64,000 nt of DNA, taken from contig OZ176051.1 of the NCBI GenBank assembly GCA_964247055.1, positions 806,001 through 870,000 of the forward strand. The letters are read 5' to 3'. The notes under the pieces are model-generated. The model was given only the letters and a program-made list of their open reading frames with translations. It was not told the DNA's origin and searched no databases. Shown one piece after another: positions 29,158 to 41,785 of this stretch; the first letter of the stretch is position 1, and every line of letters begins with the position of its first letter. The DNA comes from Paragordius varius. Lineage: Eukaryota; Animalia; Nematomorpha. A program made the translations under genes and the position numbers.

Positions 29158-31154
29158 GATACTATAAAAATTAATGTATAAAACTAGTCGCATCAATACT
29201 CAAGTTAAACTTTGTCCTTAAAAATCGGATATTGGTCACCGGTGAACAAAATTATTTTATTTACATTCTCTTAGTAAGACTACATCAAAATATAGAAATA
29301 GTTTGACAAACTCTTTCATATGCGATTTTTACAACGATACTTTAAAAATTAATGTATTAAACTAGTCGCATCAATACTCAAGCTAAACATTGTCCTTAAA
29401 AATCGGATATTGGTTACCGGTGAACAAAACTATTTTTTATACATTCTCTTAGTAAGACTACATCGAAATATAGAGATAGTTTGACAAACTCTTTCATATC
29501 CGATTTTTACAATGATACTTTAAAAATAATGGTATTAAACCAGTCGCATCAATACTCAAGTTAAACTTTGTCCTTAAAAATCGGATATTGGTCACCGGTG
29601 AACAAAACTATTTTTTATACATTCTCTTAGTAAGACTACATCAAAATATAGAGATAATTTGACAAACTCTTTCATATCCGATTTTTACAACGATACTTTA
29701 AAAATAAATGTATAAAACTAGGCGTATCAATAAATCGCATCAATACTCAAGTTAAACTTTGTCCTTAAAAATCGGATATTGGTCACCGGTGAACAAAATT
29801 ATTTTTTATAGATTCTCTTAGTAGGACGACTACATCAAAATATAGAGATAGTTTGGCAAACTGTTTCATATCCGATTTTTACAACGATACTTTAAAAATT
29901 AATGTATAAAACTAGTCGCATCAATACTCAAGTTAAACTTTGTCCTTAAAAATCGAATATTGGTCACCGGTGAACAAAATTATTTTTTATACATTCTCTT
30001 AGGACTACATCAAAATATAGAAATAGTTTGACAAACTCTTTCATATGCGATTTTTACAACGATACTTTAAAAATTAATGTATTAAACTAGTCGCATCAAT
30101 ACTCAAGCTAAACATTGTCCTTAAAAATCGGATATTGGTCACCGGTGAACAAAACTATTTTTTATACATTCTCTTAGTAAGACTACATCGAAATATAGAG
30201 ATAGTTTGACAAACTCTTTCATATCCGATTTTTACAATGATACTTTAAAAATTAATGTATAAAACTAGTCGTATCAATAAATCGCATCAATACTCAAGTT
30301 AAACTTTCTCGTTAAAAATCGGATATTGGTCACCGGTGAACAAAATTATTTTTTATACATTCTCTTAGTAGGACTACATCAAAATATAGAGATAGTTTGG
30401 CAAACTCTTTCATATCCGATTTTTACAACGATACTGTAAAAATTAATGTATAAAACTAGTCGCATCAATACTCAAGTTAAACTTTGTCCTTAAAAATCGG
30501 ATATTGGTCACCGGTGAACAAAATTATTTTATTTACATTCTCTTAGTAAGACTACATCAAAATATAGAAATAGTTTCACAAACTCTTTCATATCCGATTT
30601 TTACAACGATACTTTAAAAATTATGGTATTAAACCAGTCGCATCAATACTCAAGTTAAACTTTGTCCTTAAAAATCGGATATTGGTCACCGGTGAACAAA
30701 ACTATTTTTTATACATTCTCTTAGTAAGACTACATCAAAATATAGAGATAATTTGACAAACTCTTTCATATCCGATTTTTACAACGATACTTTAAAAATA
30801 AATGTATAAAACTAGGTCTATCAATAAATCGCATCAATACTCAAGTTAAACTTTCTCGTTAAAAATCGGATATTGGTCACCGGTGAACAAAATTATTTTT
30901 TATACATTCTCTTAGTAGGACTACATCAAAATATAGAGATAGTTTGGCAAACTGTTTCATATCCGATTTTTACAACGATACTTTAAACATTAATGTATAA
31001 AACTAGTCGCATCAATACTCAAGTTAAACTTTGTCCTTAAAAATCGAATATTGGTCACCGGTGAACAAAATTATTTTTTATACATTCTCTTAGTAGGACT
31101 ACATCAAAATATAGAGATAGTTTGGCAAACTCTTTCATATCCGATTTTTACAAC
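29158..31154. repeat. Core 11-mer higher-order unit (1997 bp) of the central domain
   Basis: The monomer lengths 178,178,178,194,175,178,191,178,178,191,178 sum to 1997. Much the same ordered series starts at 14076, 20611 and 26426, each followed by 4-6 extra monomers. The marker monomer gatactataaaa occurs at 14076, 16989, 17717, 20611, 23347, 26426, 29158 and 31155. Confidence 0.82.
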
Positions 31155-34100
31155 GATACTATAAAAATTAATGTATAAAACTAGTCGCATCAATACTCAA
31201 GTTAAACTTTGTCCGTAAAAATCGGATATTGGTCACCGGTGAACAAAATTATTTTATTTACATTCTCTTAGTAAGACTACATCAAAATATAGAAATAGTT
31301 TGACAAACTCTTTCATATGCGATTTTTACAACGATACTTTAAAAATTAATGTATTAAACTAGTCGCATCAATACTCAAGCTAAACATTGTCCTTAAAAAT
31401 CGGATATTGGTTACCGGTGAACAAAACTATTTTTTATACATTCTCTTAGTAAGACTACATCGAAATATAGAGATAGTTTGACAAACTCTTTCATATCCGA
31501 TTTTTACAATGATACTTTAAAAATTAATGTATAAAACTAGTCGTATCAATAAATCGCATCAATACTCAAGTTAAACTTTCTCGTTATAAATCGGATATTG
31601 GTCACCGGTGAACAAAATTATTTTTTATACATTCTCTTAGTAGGACTACATCAAAATATAGAGATAGTTTGGCAAACTCTTTCATATCCGATTTTTACAA
31701 CGATACTTTAAAAATTATGGTATTAAACCAGTCGCATCAATACTCAAGTTAAACTTTGTCCTTAAAAATCGGATATTGGTCACCGGTGAACAAAACTATT
31801 TTTTATACATTCTCTTAGTAAGACTACATCAAAATATAGAGATAATTTGACAAACTCTTTCATATCCGATTTTTACAACGATACTTTAAAAATAAATGTA
31901 TAAAACTAGGCGTATCAATAAATAGCATCAATACTCAAGTTAAACTTTGTCCTTAAAAATCGGATATTGGTCACCGGTGAACAAAATTATTTTTTATACA
32001 TTCTCTTAGTAGGACGACTACATCAAAATATAGAAATAGTTTGACAAACTCTTTCATATGCGATTTTTACAACGATACTTTCAAAATTAATGTATTAAAC
32101 TAGTCGCATCAATACTCAAGCTAAACATTGTCCTTAAAAATCGGATATTGGTCACCGGTGAACAAAACTATTTTTTATACATTCTCTTAGTAAGACTACA
32201 TCGAAATATAGAGATAGTTTGACAAACTCTTTCATATCCGATTTTTACAACGATACTTTAAAAAATGTATAAAACTAGGTCTATCAATAAATCGCATCAA
32301 TACTCAAGTTAAACTTTGTCCTTAAAAATCGGATATTGGTCACCGGTGAACAAAATTATTTTTTATACATTCTCTTAGTAGGACGACTACATCAAAATAT
32401 AGAGATAGTTTGGCAAACTGTTTCATATCCGATTTTTACAACGATACTTTAAAAATAAATGTATAAAACTAGGTCTATCAATAAATCGCATCAATACTCA
32501 AGTTAAACTTTGTCCTTAAAAATCGGATATTGGTCACCGGTGAACAAAATTATTTTTTATACATTCTCTTAGTAGGACGACTACATCAAAATATAGAGAT
32601 AGTTTGGCAAACTGTTTCATATCCGATTTTTACAACGATACTTTAAACATTAATGTATAAAACTAGTCGCATCAATACTCAAGTTAAACTTTGTCCTTAA
32701 AAATCGAATATTGGTCACCGGTGAACAAAATTATTTTTTATACATTCTCTTAGTAGGACTACATCAAAATATAGAGATAGTTTGGCAAACTCTTTTATAT
32801 CCGATTTTTACAACGATACTATAAAAATTAATGTATAAAACTAGTCGCATCAATACTCAAGTTAAACTTTGTCCTTAAAAATCGGATATTGGTCACCGGT
32901 GAACAAAATTATTTTATTTACATTCTCTTAGTAAGACTACATCAAAATATAGAAATAGTTTGACAAACTCTTTCATATGCGATTTTTACAACGATAGTTT
33001 AAAAATTAATGTATTAAACTAGTCGCATCAATACTCAAGCTAAACATTGTCCTTAAAAATCGGATATTGGTTACCGGTGAACAAAACTATTTTTTATACA
33101 TTCTCTTAGTAAGACTACATCGAAATATAGAGATAGTTTGACAAACTCTTTCATATCCGATTTTTACAATGATACTTTAAAAATTAATGTATAAAACTAG
33201 TCGTATCAATAAATCGCATCAATACTCAAGTTAAACTTTCTCGTTATAAATCGGATATTGGTCACCGGTGAACAAAATTATTTTTTATACATTCTCTTAG
33301 TAGGACTACATCAAAATATAGAGATAGTTTGGCAAACTCTTTCATATCCGATTTTTACAACGATACTTTAAAAATTATGGTATTAAACCAGTCGCATCAA
33401 TACTCAAGTTAAAATTTGTCCTTAAAAATCGGATATTGGTCACCGGTGAACAAAACTATTTTTTATACATTCTCTTAGTAAGACTACATCAAAATATAGA
33501 GATAATTTGACAAACTCTTTCATATCCGATTTTTACAACGATACTTTAAAAATAAATGTATAAAACTAGGCGTATCAATAAATCGCATCAATACTCTAGT
33601 TAAACTTTGTCCTTAAAAATCGGATATTGGTCACCGGTGAACAAAATTATTTTTTATACATTCTCTTAGTAGGACGACTACATCAAAATATAGAAATAGT
33701 TTGACAAACTCTTTCATATGCGATTTTCAACGATACTTTAAAAATTAATGTATTAAACTAGTCGCATCAATACTCAAGCTAAACATTGTCCTTAAAAATC
33801 GGATATTGGTCACCGGTGAACAAAACTATTTTTTATACATTCTCTTAGTAAGACTACATCAAAATATAGAGATAATTTGACAAACTCTTTCATATCCGAT
33901 TTTTACAACGATACTTTAAAAATAAATGTATAAAACTAGGTCTATCAATAAATCGCATCAATACTCAAGTTAAACTTTGTCCTTAAAAATCGGATATTGG
34001 TCACCGGTGAACAAAATTATTTTTTATACATTCTCTTAGTAGGACGACTACATCAAAATATAGAGATAGTTTGGCAAACTGTTTCATATCCGATTTTTAC

Positions 34101-37100
34101 AACGATACTTTAAACATTAATGTATAAAACTAGTCGCATCAATACTCAAGTTAAACTTTGTCCTTAAAAATCGAATATTGGTCACCGGTGAACAAAATTA
34201 TTTTTTATACATTCTCTTAGTAGGACTACATCAAAATATAGAGATAGTTTGGCAAACTGTTTCATATCCGATTTTTACAACGATACTTTAAACATTAATG
34301 TATAAAACTAGTCGCATCAATACTCAAGTTAAACTTTGTCCTTAAAAATCGAATATTGGTCACCGGTGAACAAAATTATTTTTTATACATTCTCTTAGTA
34401 GGACTACATCAAAATATAGAGATAGTTTGGCAAACTCTTTCATATCCGATTTTTACAACGATACTATAAAAATTAATGTATAAAACTAGTCGCATCAATA
34501 CTCAAGTTAAACTTTGTCCTTAAAAATCGGATATTGGTCACCGGTGAACAAAATTATTTTATTTACATTCTCTTAGTAAGACTACATCAAAATATACAAA
34601 TAGTTTGACAAACTCTTTCATATGCGATTTTTACAACGATACTTTAAAAATTAATGTATTAAACTAGTCGCATCAATACTCAAGCTAAACATTGTCCTTA
34701 AAAATCGGATATTGGTTACCGGTGAACAAAACTATTTTTTATACATTCTCTTAGTAAGACTACATCGAAATATAGAGATAGTTTGACAAACTCTTTCATA
34801 TCCGATTTTTACAATGATACTTTAAAAATTAATGTATAAAACTAGGCGTATCAATAAATCGCATCAATACTCAAGTTAAACTTTGTCCTTAAAAATCGGA
34901 TATTGGTCACCGGTGAACAAAACTATTTTTTATACATTCTCTTAGTAGGACTACATCAAAATATAGAGATAGTTTGGCAAACTCTTTCATATCCGATTTT
35001 TACAACGATACTTTAAAAATTATGGTATTAAACCAGTCGCATCAATACTCAAGTTAAACTTTGTCCTTAAAAATCGGATATTGGTCACCGGTGAACAAAA
35101 CTATTTTTTATACATTCTCTTAGTAAGACTACATCAAAATATAGAGATAATTTGACAAACTCTTTCATATCCGATTTTTACAACGATACTTTAAAAATAA
35201 ATGTATAAAACTAGGCGTATCAATAAATCGCATCAATACTCAAGTTAAACTTTGTCCTTAAAAATCGGATATTGGTCACCGGTGAACAAAATTATTTTTT
35301 ATACATTCTCTTAGTAGGACGACTACATCAAAATATAGAGATAGTTTGGCAAACTGTTTCATATCCGATTTTTACAACGATACTTTAAAAATTAATGTAT
35401 AAAACTAGTCGCATCAATACTCAAGTTAAACTTTGTCCTTAAAAATCGAATATTGGTCACCGGTGAACAAAATTATTTTTTATACATTCTCTTAGGACTA
35501 CATCAAAATATAGAAATAGTTTGACAAACTCTTTCATATGCGATTTTTACAACGATACTTTAAAAATTAATATATTAAACCAGTCGCATCAATACTCAAG
35601 TTAAACTTTGTCCTTAAAAATCGGATATTGGTCACCGGTGAACAAAATTATTTTTTATACATTCTCTTAGTAGGACGACTACATCAAAATATAGAGATAG
35701 TTTGGCAAACTGTTTCATATCCGATTTTTACAACGATACTTTAAACATTAATGTATAAAACTAGTCGCATCAATACTCAAGTTAAACTTTGTCCTTAAAA
35801 ATCGAATATTGGTCACCGGTGAACAAAATTATTTTTTATACATTCTCTTAGTAGGACTACATCAAAATATAGAGATAGTTTGGCAAACTCTTTTATATCC
35901 GATTTTTACAACGATACTATAAAAATTAATGTATAAAACTAGTCGCATCAATACTGAAGTTAAACTTTGTCCTTAAAAATCGGATATTGGTCACCGGTGA
36001 ACAAAACTATTTTTTATACATTCTCTTAGTAAGACTACATCAAAATATAGAGATAATTTGACAAACTCTTTCATATCCGATTTTTACAACGATACTTTAA
36101 AAATAAATGTATAAAACTAGGCGTATCAATAAATCGCATCAATACTCAAGTTAAACTTTGTCCTTAAAAATCGGATATTGGTCACCGGTGAACAAAATTA
36201 TTTTTTATACATTCTCTTAGTAGGACGACTACATCAAAATATAGAAATAGTTTGACAAACACTTTCATATGCGATTTTTACAACGATACTTTAAAAATTA
36301 ATGTATTAAACTAGTCGCATCAATACTCAAGCTAAACATTGTCCTTAAAAATCGGATATTGGTCACCGGTGAACAAAACTATTTTTTATACATTCTCTTA
36401 GTAAGACTACATCGAAATATAGAGATAGTTTGACAAACTCTTTCATATCCGATTTTTACAACGATACTTTAAAAATAAATGTATAAAACTAGGTCTATCA
36501 ATAAATCGCATCAATACTCAAGTTAAACTTTGTCCTTAAAAATCGGATATTGGTCACCGGTGAACAAAATTATTTTTTATACATTCTCTTAGTAGGACGA
36601 CTACATCAAAATATAGAGATAGTTTGGCAAACTGTTTCATATCCGATTTTTACAACGATACTTTAAAAATAAATGTATAAAACTAGGTCTATCAATAAAT
36701 CGCATCAATACTCAAGTTAAACTTTGTCCTTAAAAATCGGATATTGGTCACCGGTGAACAAAATTATTTTTTATACATTCTCTTAGTAGGACGACTACAT
36801 CAAAATATAGAGATAGTTTGGCAAACTGTTTCATATCCGATTTTTACAACGATACTTTAAACATTAATGTATAAAACTAGTCGCATCAATACTCAAGTTA
36901 AACTTTGTCCTTAAAAATCGAATATTGGTCACCGGTGAACAAAATTATTTTTTATACATTCTCTTAGTAGGACTACATCAAAATATAGAGATAGTTTGGC
37001 AAACTCTTTTATATCCGATTTTTACAACGATACTATAAAAATTAATGTATAAAACTAGTCGCATCAATACTCAAGTTAAACTTTGTCCTTAAAAATCGGA

Positions 37101-40100
37101 TATTGGTCACCGGTGAACAAAACTATTTTTTATACATTCTCTTAGTAAGACTACATCAAAATATAGAGATAATTTGACAAACTCTTTCATATCCGATTTT
37201 TACAACGATACTTTAAAAATAAATGTATAAAACTAGGCGAATCAATAAATCGCATCAATACTCAAGTTAAACTTTGTCCTTAAAAATCGGATATTGGTCA
37301 CCGGTGAACAAAATTATTTTTTATACATTCTCTTAGTAGGACGACTACATCAAAATATAGAAATAGTTTGACAAACACTTTCATATGCGATTTTTACAAC
37401 GATACTTTAAAAATTAATGTATTAAACTAGTCGCATCAATACTCAAGTTAAACTTTGTCCTTAAAAATCGGATATTGGTCACCGGTGAACAAAACTATTT
37501 TTTATACATTCTCTTAGTAAGACTACATCGAAATATAGAGATAGTTTGACAAACTCTTTCATATCCGATTTTTACAACGATACTTTAAAAATAAATGTAT
37601 TAAACTAGTCGCATCAATACTCAAGCTAAACATTGTCCTTAAAAATCGGATATTGGTCACCGGTGAACAAAACTATTTTTTATACATTCTCTTAGTAAGA
37701 CTACATCAAAATATAGAGATAATTTGACAAACTCTTTCATATCCGATTTTTACAACGATACTTTAAAAATAAATGTATAAAACTAGGTCTATCAATAAAT
37801 CGCATCAATACTCAAGTTAAACTTTGTCCTTAAAAATCGGAAATTGGTCACCGGTGAACAAAATTATTTTTTATACATTCTCTTAGTAGGACGACTACAT
37901 CAAAATATAGAGATAGTTTGGCAAACTGTTTCATATCCGATTTTTACAACGATACTTTAAACATTAATGTATAAAACTAGTCGCATCAATACTCAAGTTA
38001 AACTTTGTCCTTAAAAATCGAATATTGGTCACCGGTGAACAAAATTATTTTTTATACATTCTCTTAGTAGGACTACATCAAAATATAGAGATAGTTTGGC
38101 AAACTGTTTCATATCCGATTTTTACAACGATACTTTAAACATTAATGTATAAAACTAGTCACATCAATACTCAAGTTAAACTTTGTCCTTAAAAATCGAA
38201 TATTGGTCACCGGTGAACAAAATTATTTTTTATACATTCTCTTAGTAAGACTACATCAAAATATATAGATAATTTGACAAACTCTTTCATATCCGATTTT
38301 TACAACGATACTTTAAAAATAAATGTATAAAACTAGGCGTATCAATAAATCGCATCAATACTCAAGTTAAACTTTGTCCTTAAAAATCGGATATTGGTCA
38401 CCGGTGAACAAAATTATTTTTTATACATTCTCTTAGTAGGACGACTACATCAAAATATAGAAATAGTTTGACAAACTCTTTCATATGCGATTTTTACAAC
38501 GATACTTTAAAAATTAATGTATTAAACTAGTCGCATCAATACTCAAGCTAAACATTGTCCTTAAAAATCGGATATTGGTCACCGGTGAACAAAACTATTT
38601 TTTATACATTCTCTTAGTAAGACTACATCAAAATATAGAGATAATTTGACAAACTCTTTCATATCCGATTTTTACAACGATACTTTAAAAATAAATGTAT
38701 AAAACTAGGTCTATCAATAAATCGCATCAATACTCAAGTTAAACTTTGTCCTTAAAAATCGGATATTGGTCACCGGTGAACAAAATTATTTTTTATACAT
38801 TCTCTTAGTAGGACGACTACATCAAAATATAGAGATAGTTTGGCAAACTGTTTCATATCCGATTTTTACAACGATACTTTAAACATTAATGTATAAAACT
38901 AGTCGCATCAATACTCAAGTTAAACTTTGTCCTTAAAAATCGAATATTGGTCACCGGTGAACAAAATTATTTTTTATACATTCTCTTAGTAGGACTACAT
39001 CAAAATATAGAGATAGTTTGGCAAACTCTTTCATATCCGATTTTTACAACGATACTATAAAAATTAATGTATAAAACTAGTCGCATCAATACTCAAGTTA
39101 AACTTTGTCCTTAAAAATCGGATATTGGTCACCGGTGAACAAAATTATTTTTTATACATTCTCTTAGTAGGACGACTACATCAAAATATAGAAATAGTTT
39201 GACAAACTCTTTCATATGCGATTTTTACAACGATACTTTAAAAATTAATGTATTAAACTAGTCGCATCAATACTCAAGCTAAACATTGTCCTTAAAAATC
39301 GGATATTGGTCACCGGTGAACAAAACTATTTTTTATACATTCTCTTAGTAAGACTACATCGAAATATAGAGATAGTTTGACAAACTCTTTCATATCCGAT
39401 TTTTACAATGATACTTTAAAAATTAATGTATAAAACTAGTCGTATCAATAAATCGCATCAATACTCAAGTTAAACTTTCTCGTTATAAATCGGATATTGG
39501 TCACCGGTGAACAAAATTATTTTTTATACATTCTCTTAGTAGGACTACATCAAAATATAGAGATAGTTTGGCAAACTCTTTCATATCCGATTTTTACAAC
39601 GATACTTTAAAAATTATGGTATTAAACCAGTCGCATCAATACTCAAGTTAAACTTTGTCCTTAAAAATCGAATATTGGTCACCGGTGAACAAAATTATTT
39701 TTTATACATTCTCTTAGTAGGACTACATCAAAATATAGAGATAGTTTGGCAAACTCTTTCATATCCGATTTTTACAACGATACTATAAAAATTAATGTAT
39801 AAAACTAGTCGCATCAATACTCAAGTTAAACTTTGTCCTTAAAAATCGGATATTGGTCACCGATGAACAAAATTATTTTATTTACATTCTCTTAGTAAGA
39901 CTACATCAAAATATAGAAATAGTTTGACAAACTCTTTCATATGCGATTTTTACAACGATACTTTAAAAATTAATGTATTAAACTAGTCGCATCAATACTC
40001 AAGCTAAACATTGTCCTTAAAAATCGGATATTGGTTACCGGTGAACAAAACTATTTTTTATACATTCTCTTAGTAAGACTACATCGAAATATAGAGATAG

Positions 40101-40697
40101 TTTGACAAACTCTTTCATATTTGATTTTTACAATGATACTTTAAAAATTAATGTATAAAACTAGTCGTATCAATAAATCGCATCAATACTCAAGTTAAAC
40201 TTTCTCGTTATAAATCGGATATTGGTCACCGGTGAACAAAATTATTTTTAATACATTCTCTTAGTAGGACTACATCAAAATATAGAGATAGTTTGGCAAA
40301 CTCTTTCATATCCGATTTTTACAACGATACTTTAAAAATTATGGTATTAAACCAGTCGCATCAATACTCAAGTTAAACTTTGTCCTTAAAAATCGGATAT
40401 TGGTCACCGGTGAACAAAACTATTTTTTATACATTCTCTTAATAAGACTACATCAAAATATAGAGATAATTTGACAAACTCTTTCATATCCGATTTTTAC
40501 AACGATACTTTAAAAATAAATGTATAAAACTAGGCGTATCAATAAATCGCATCAATACTCAAGTTAAACTTTGTCCTTAAAAATCGGATATTGGTCACCG
40601 GTGAACAAAATTATTTTTTATACATTCTCTTAGTAGGACGACTACATCAAAATATAGAAATAGTTTGACAAACTCTTTCATATGCGATTTTTACAAC

Positions 40698-41785
40698 GAT
40701 ACTTTAAAAATTAATGTATTAAACTAGTCGCATCAATACTCAAGCTAAACATTGTCCTTAAAAATCGGATATTGGTCACCGGTGAACAAAACTATTTTTT
40801 ATACATTCTCTTAGTAAGACTACATCGAAATATAGAGATAGTTTGACAAACTCTTTCATATCCGATTTTTACAATGATACTTTAAAAATTAATGTATAAA
40901 ACTAGTCGTATCAATAAATCGCATCAATACTCAAGTTAAACTTTCTCGTTAAAAATCGGATATTGGTCACCGGTGAACAAAATTATTTTTTATACATTCT
41001 CTTAGTAGGACTACATCAAAATATAGAGATAGTTTGGCAAACTCTTTCATATCCGATTTTTACAACGATACTTTAAAAATTAATGTATAAAACTAGTCGC
41101 ATCAATACTCAAGTTAAACTTTGTCCTTAAAAATCGAATATTGGTCACCGGTGAACAAAATTATTTTTTATACATTCTCTTAGGACTACATCAAAATATA
41201 GAAATAGTTTGACAAACTCTTTCATATGCGATTTTTACAACGATACTTTAAAAATTAATGTATTAAACTAGTCGCATCAATACTCAAGCTAAACATTGTC
41301 CTTAAAAATCGGATATTGGTCACCGGTGAACAAAACTATTTTTTATACATTCTCTTAGTAAGACTACATCGAAATATAGAGATAGTTTGACAAACTCTTT
41401 CATATCCGATTTTTACAATGATACTTTAAAAATTAATGTATAAAACTAGTCGTATCAATAAATCGCATCAATACTCAAGTTAAACTTTCTCGTTAAAAAT
41501 CGGATATTGGTCACCGGTGAACAAAATTATTTTTTATACATTCTCTTAGTAGGACTACATCAAAATATAGAGATAGTTTGGCAAACTCTTTCATATCCGA
41601 TTTTTACAACGATACTTTAAAAATTAATGTATAAAACTAGTCGCATCAATACTCAAGTTAAACTTTGTCCTTAAAAATCGAATATTGGTCACCGGTGAAC
41701 AAAATTATTTTTTATACATTCTCTTAGGACTACATCAAAATATAGAAATAGTTTGACAAACTCTTTCATATGCGATTTTTACAAC
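40698..41785. repeat. 3-mer higher-order repeat, period 544 bp, two copies
   Basis: A 178+191+175 bp series (gctaaacatt / tttctcgtt+13 / cgaat+ttaggac) starts at 40698 and again at 41242. Confidence 0.88.
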
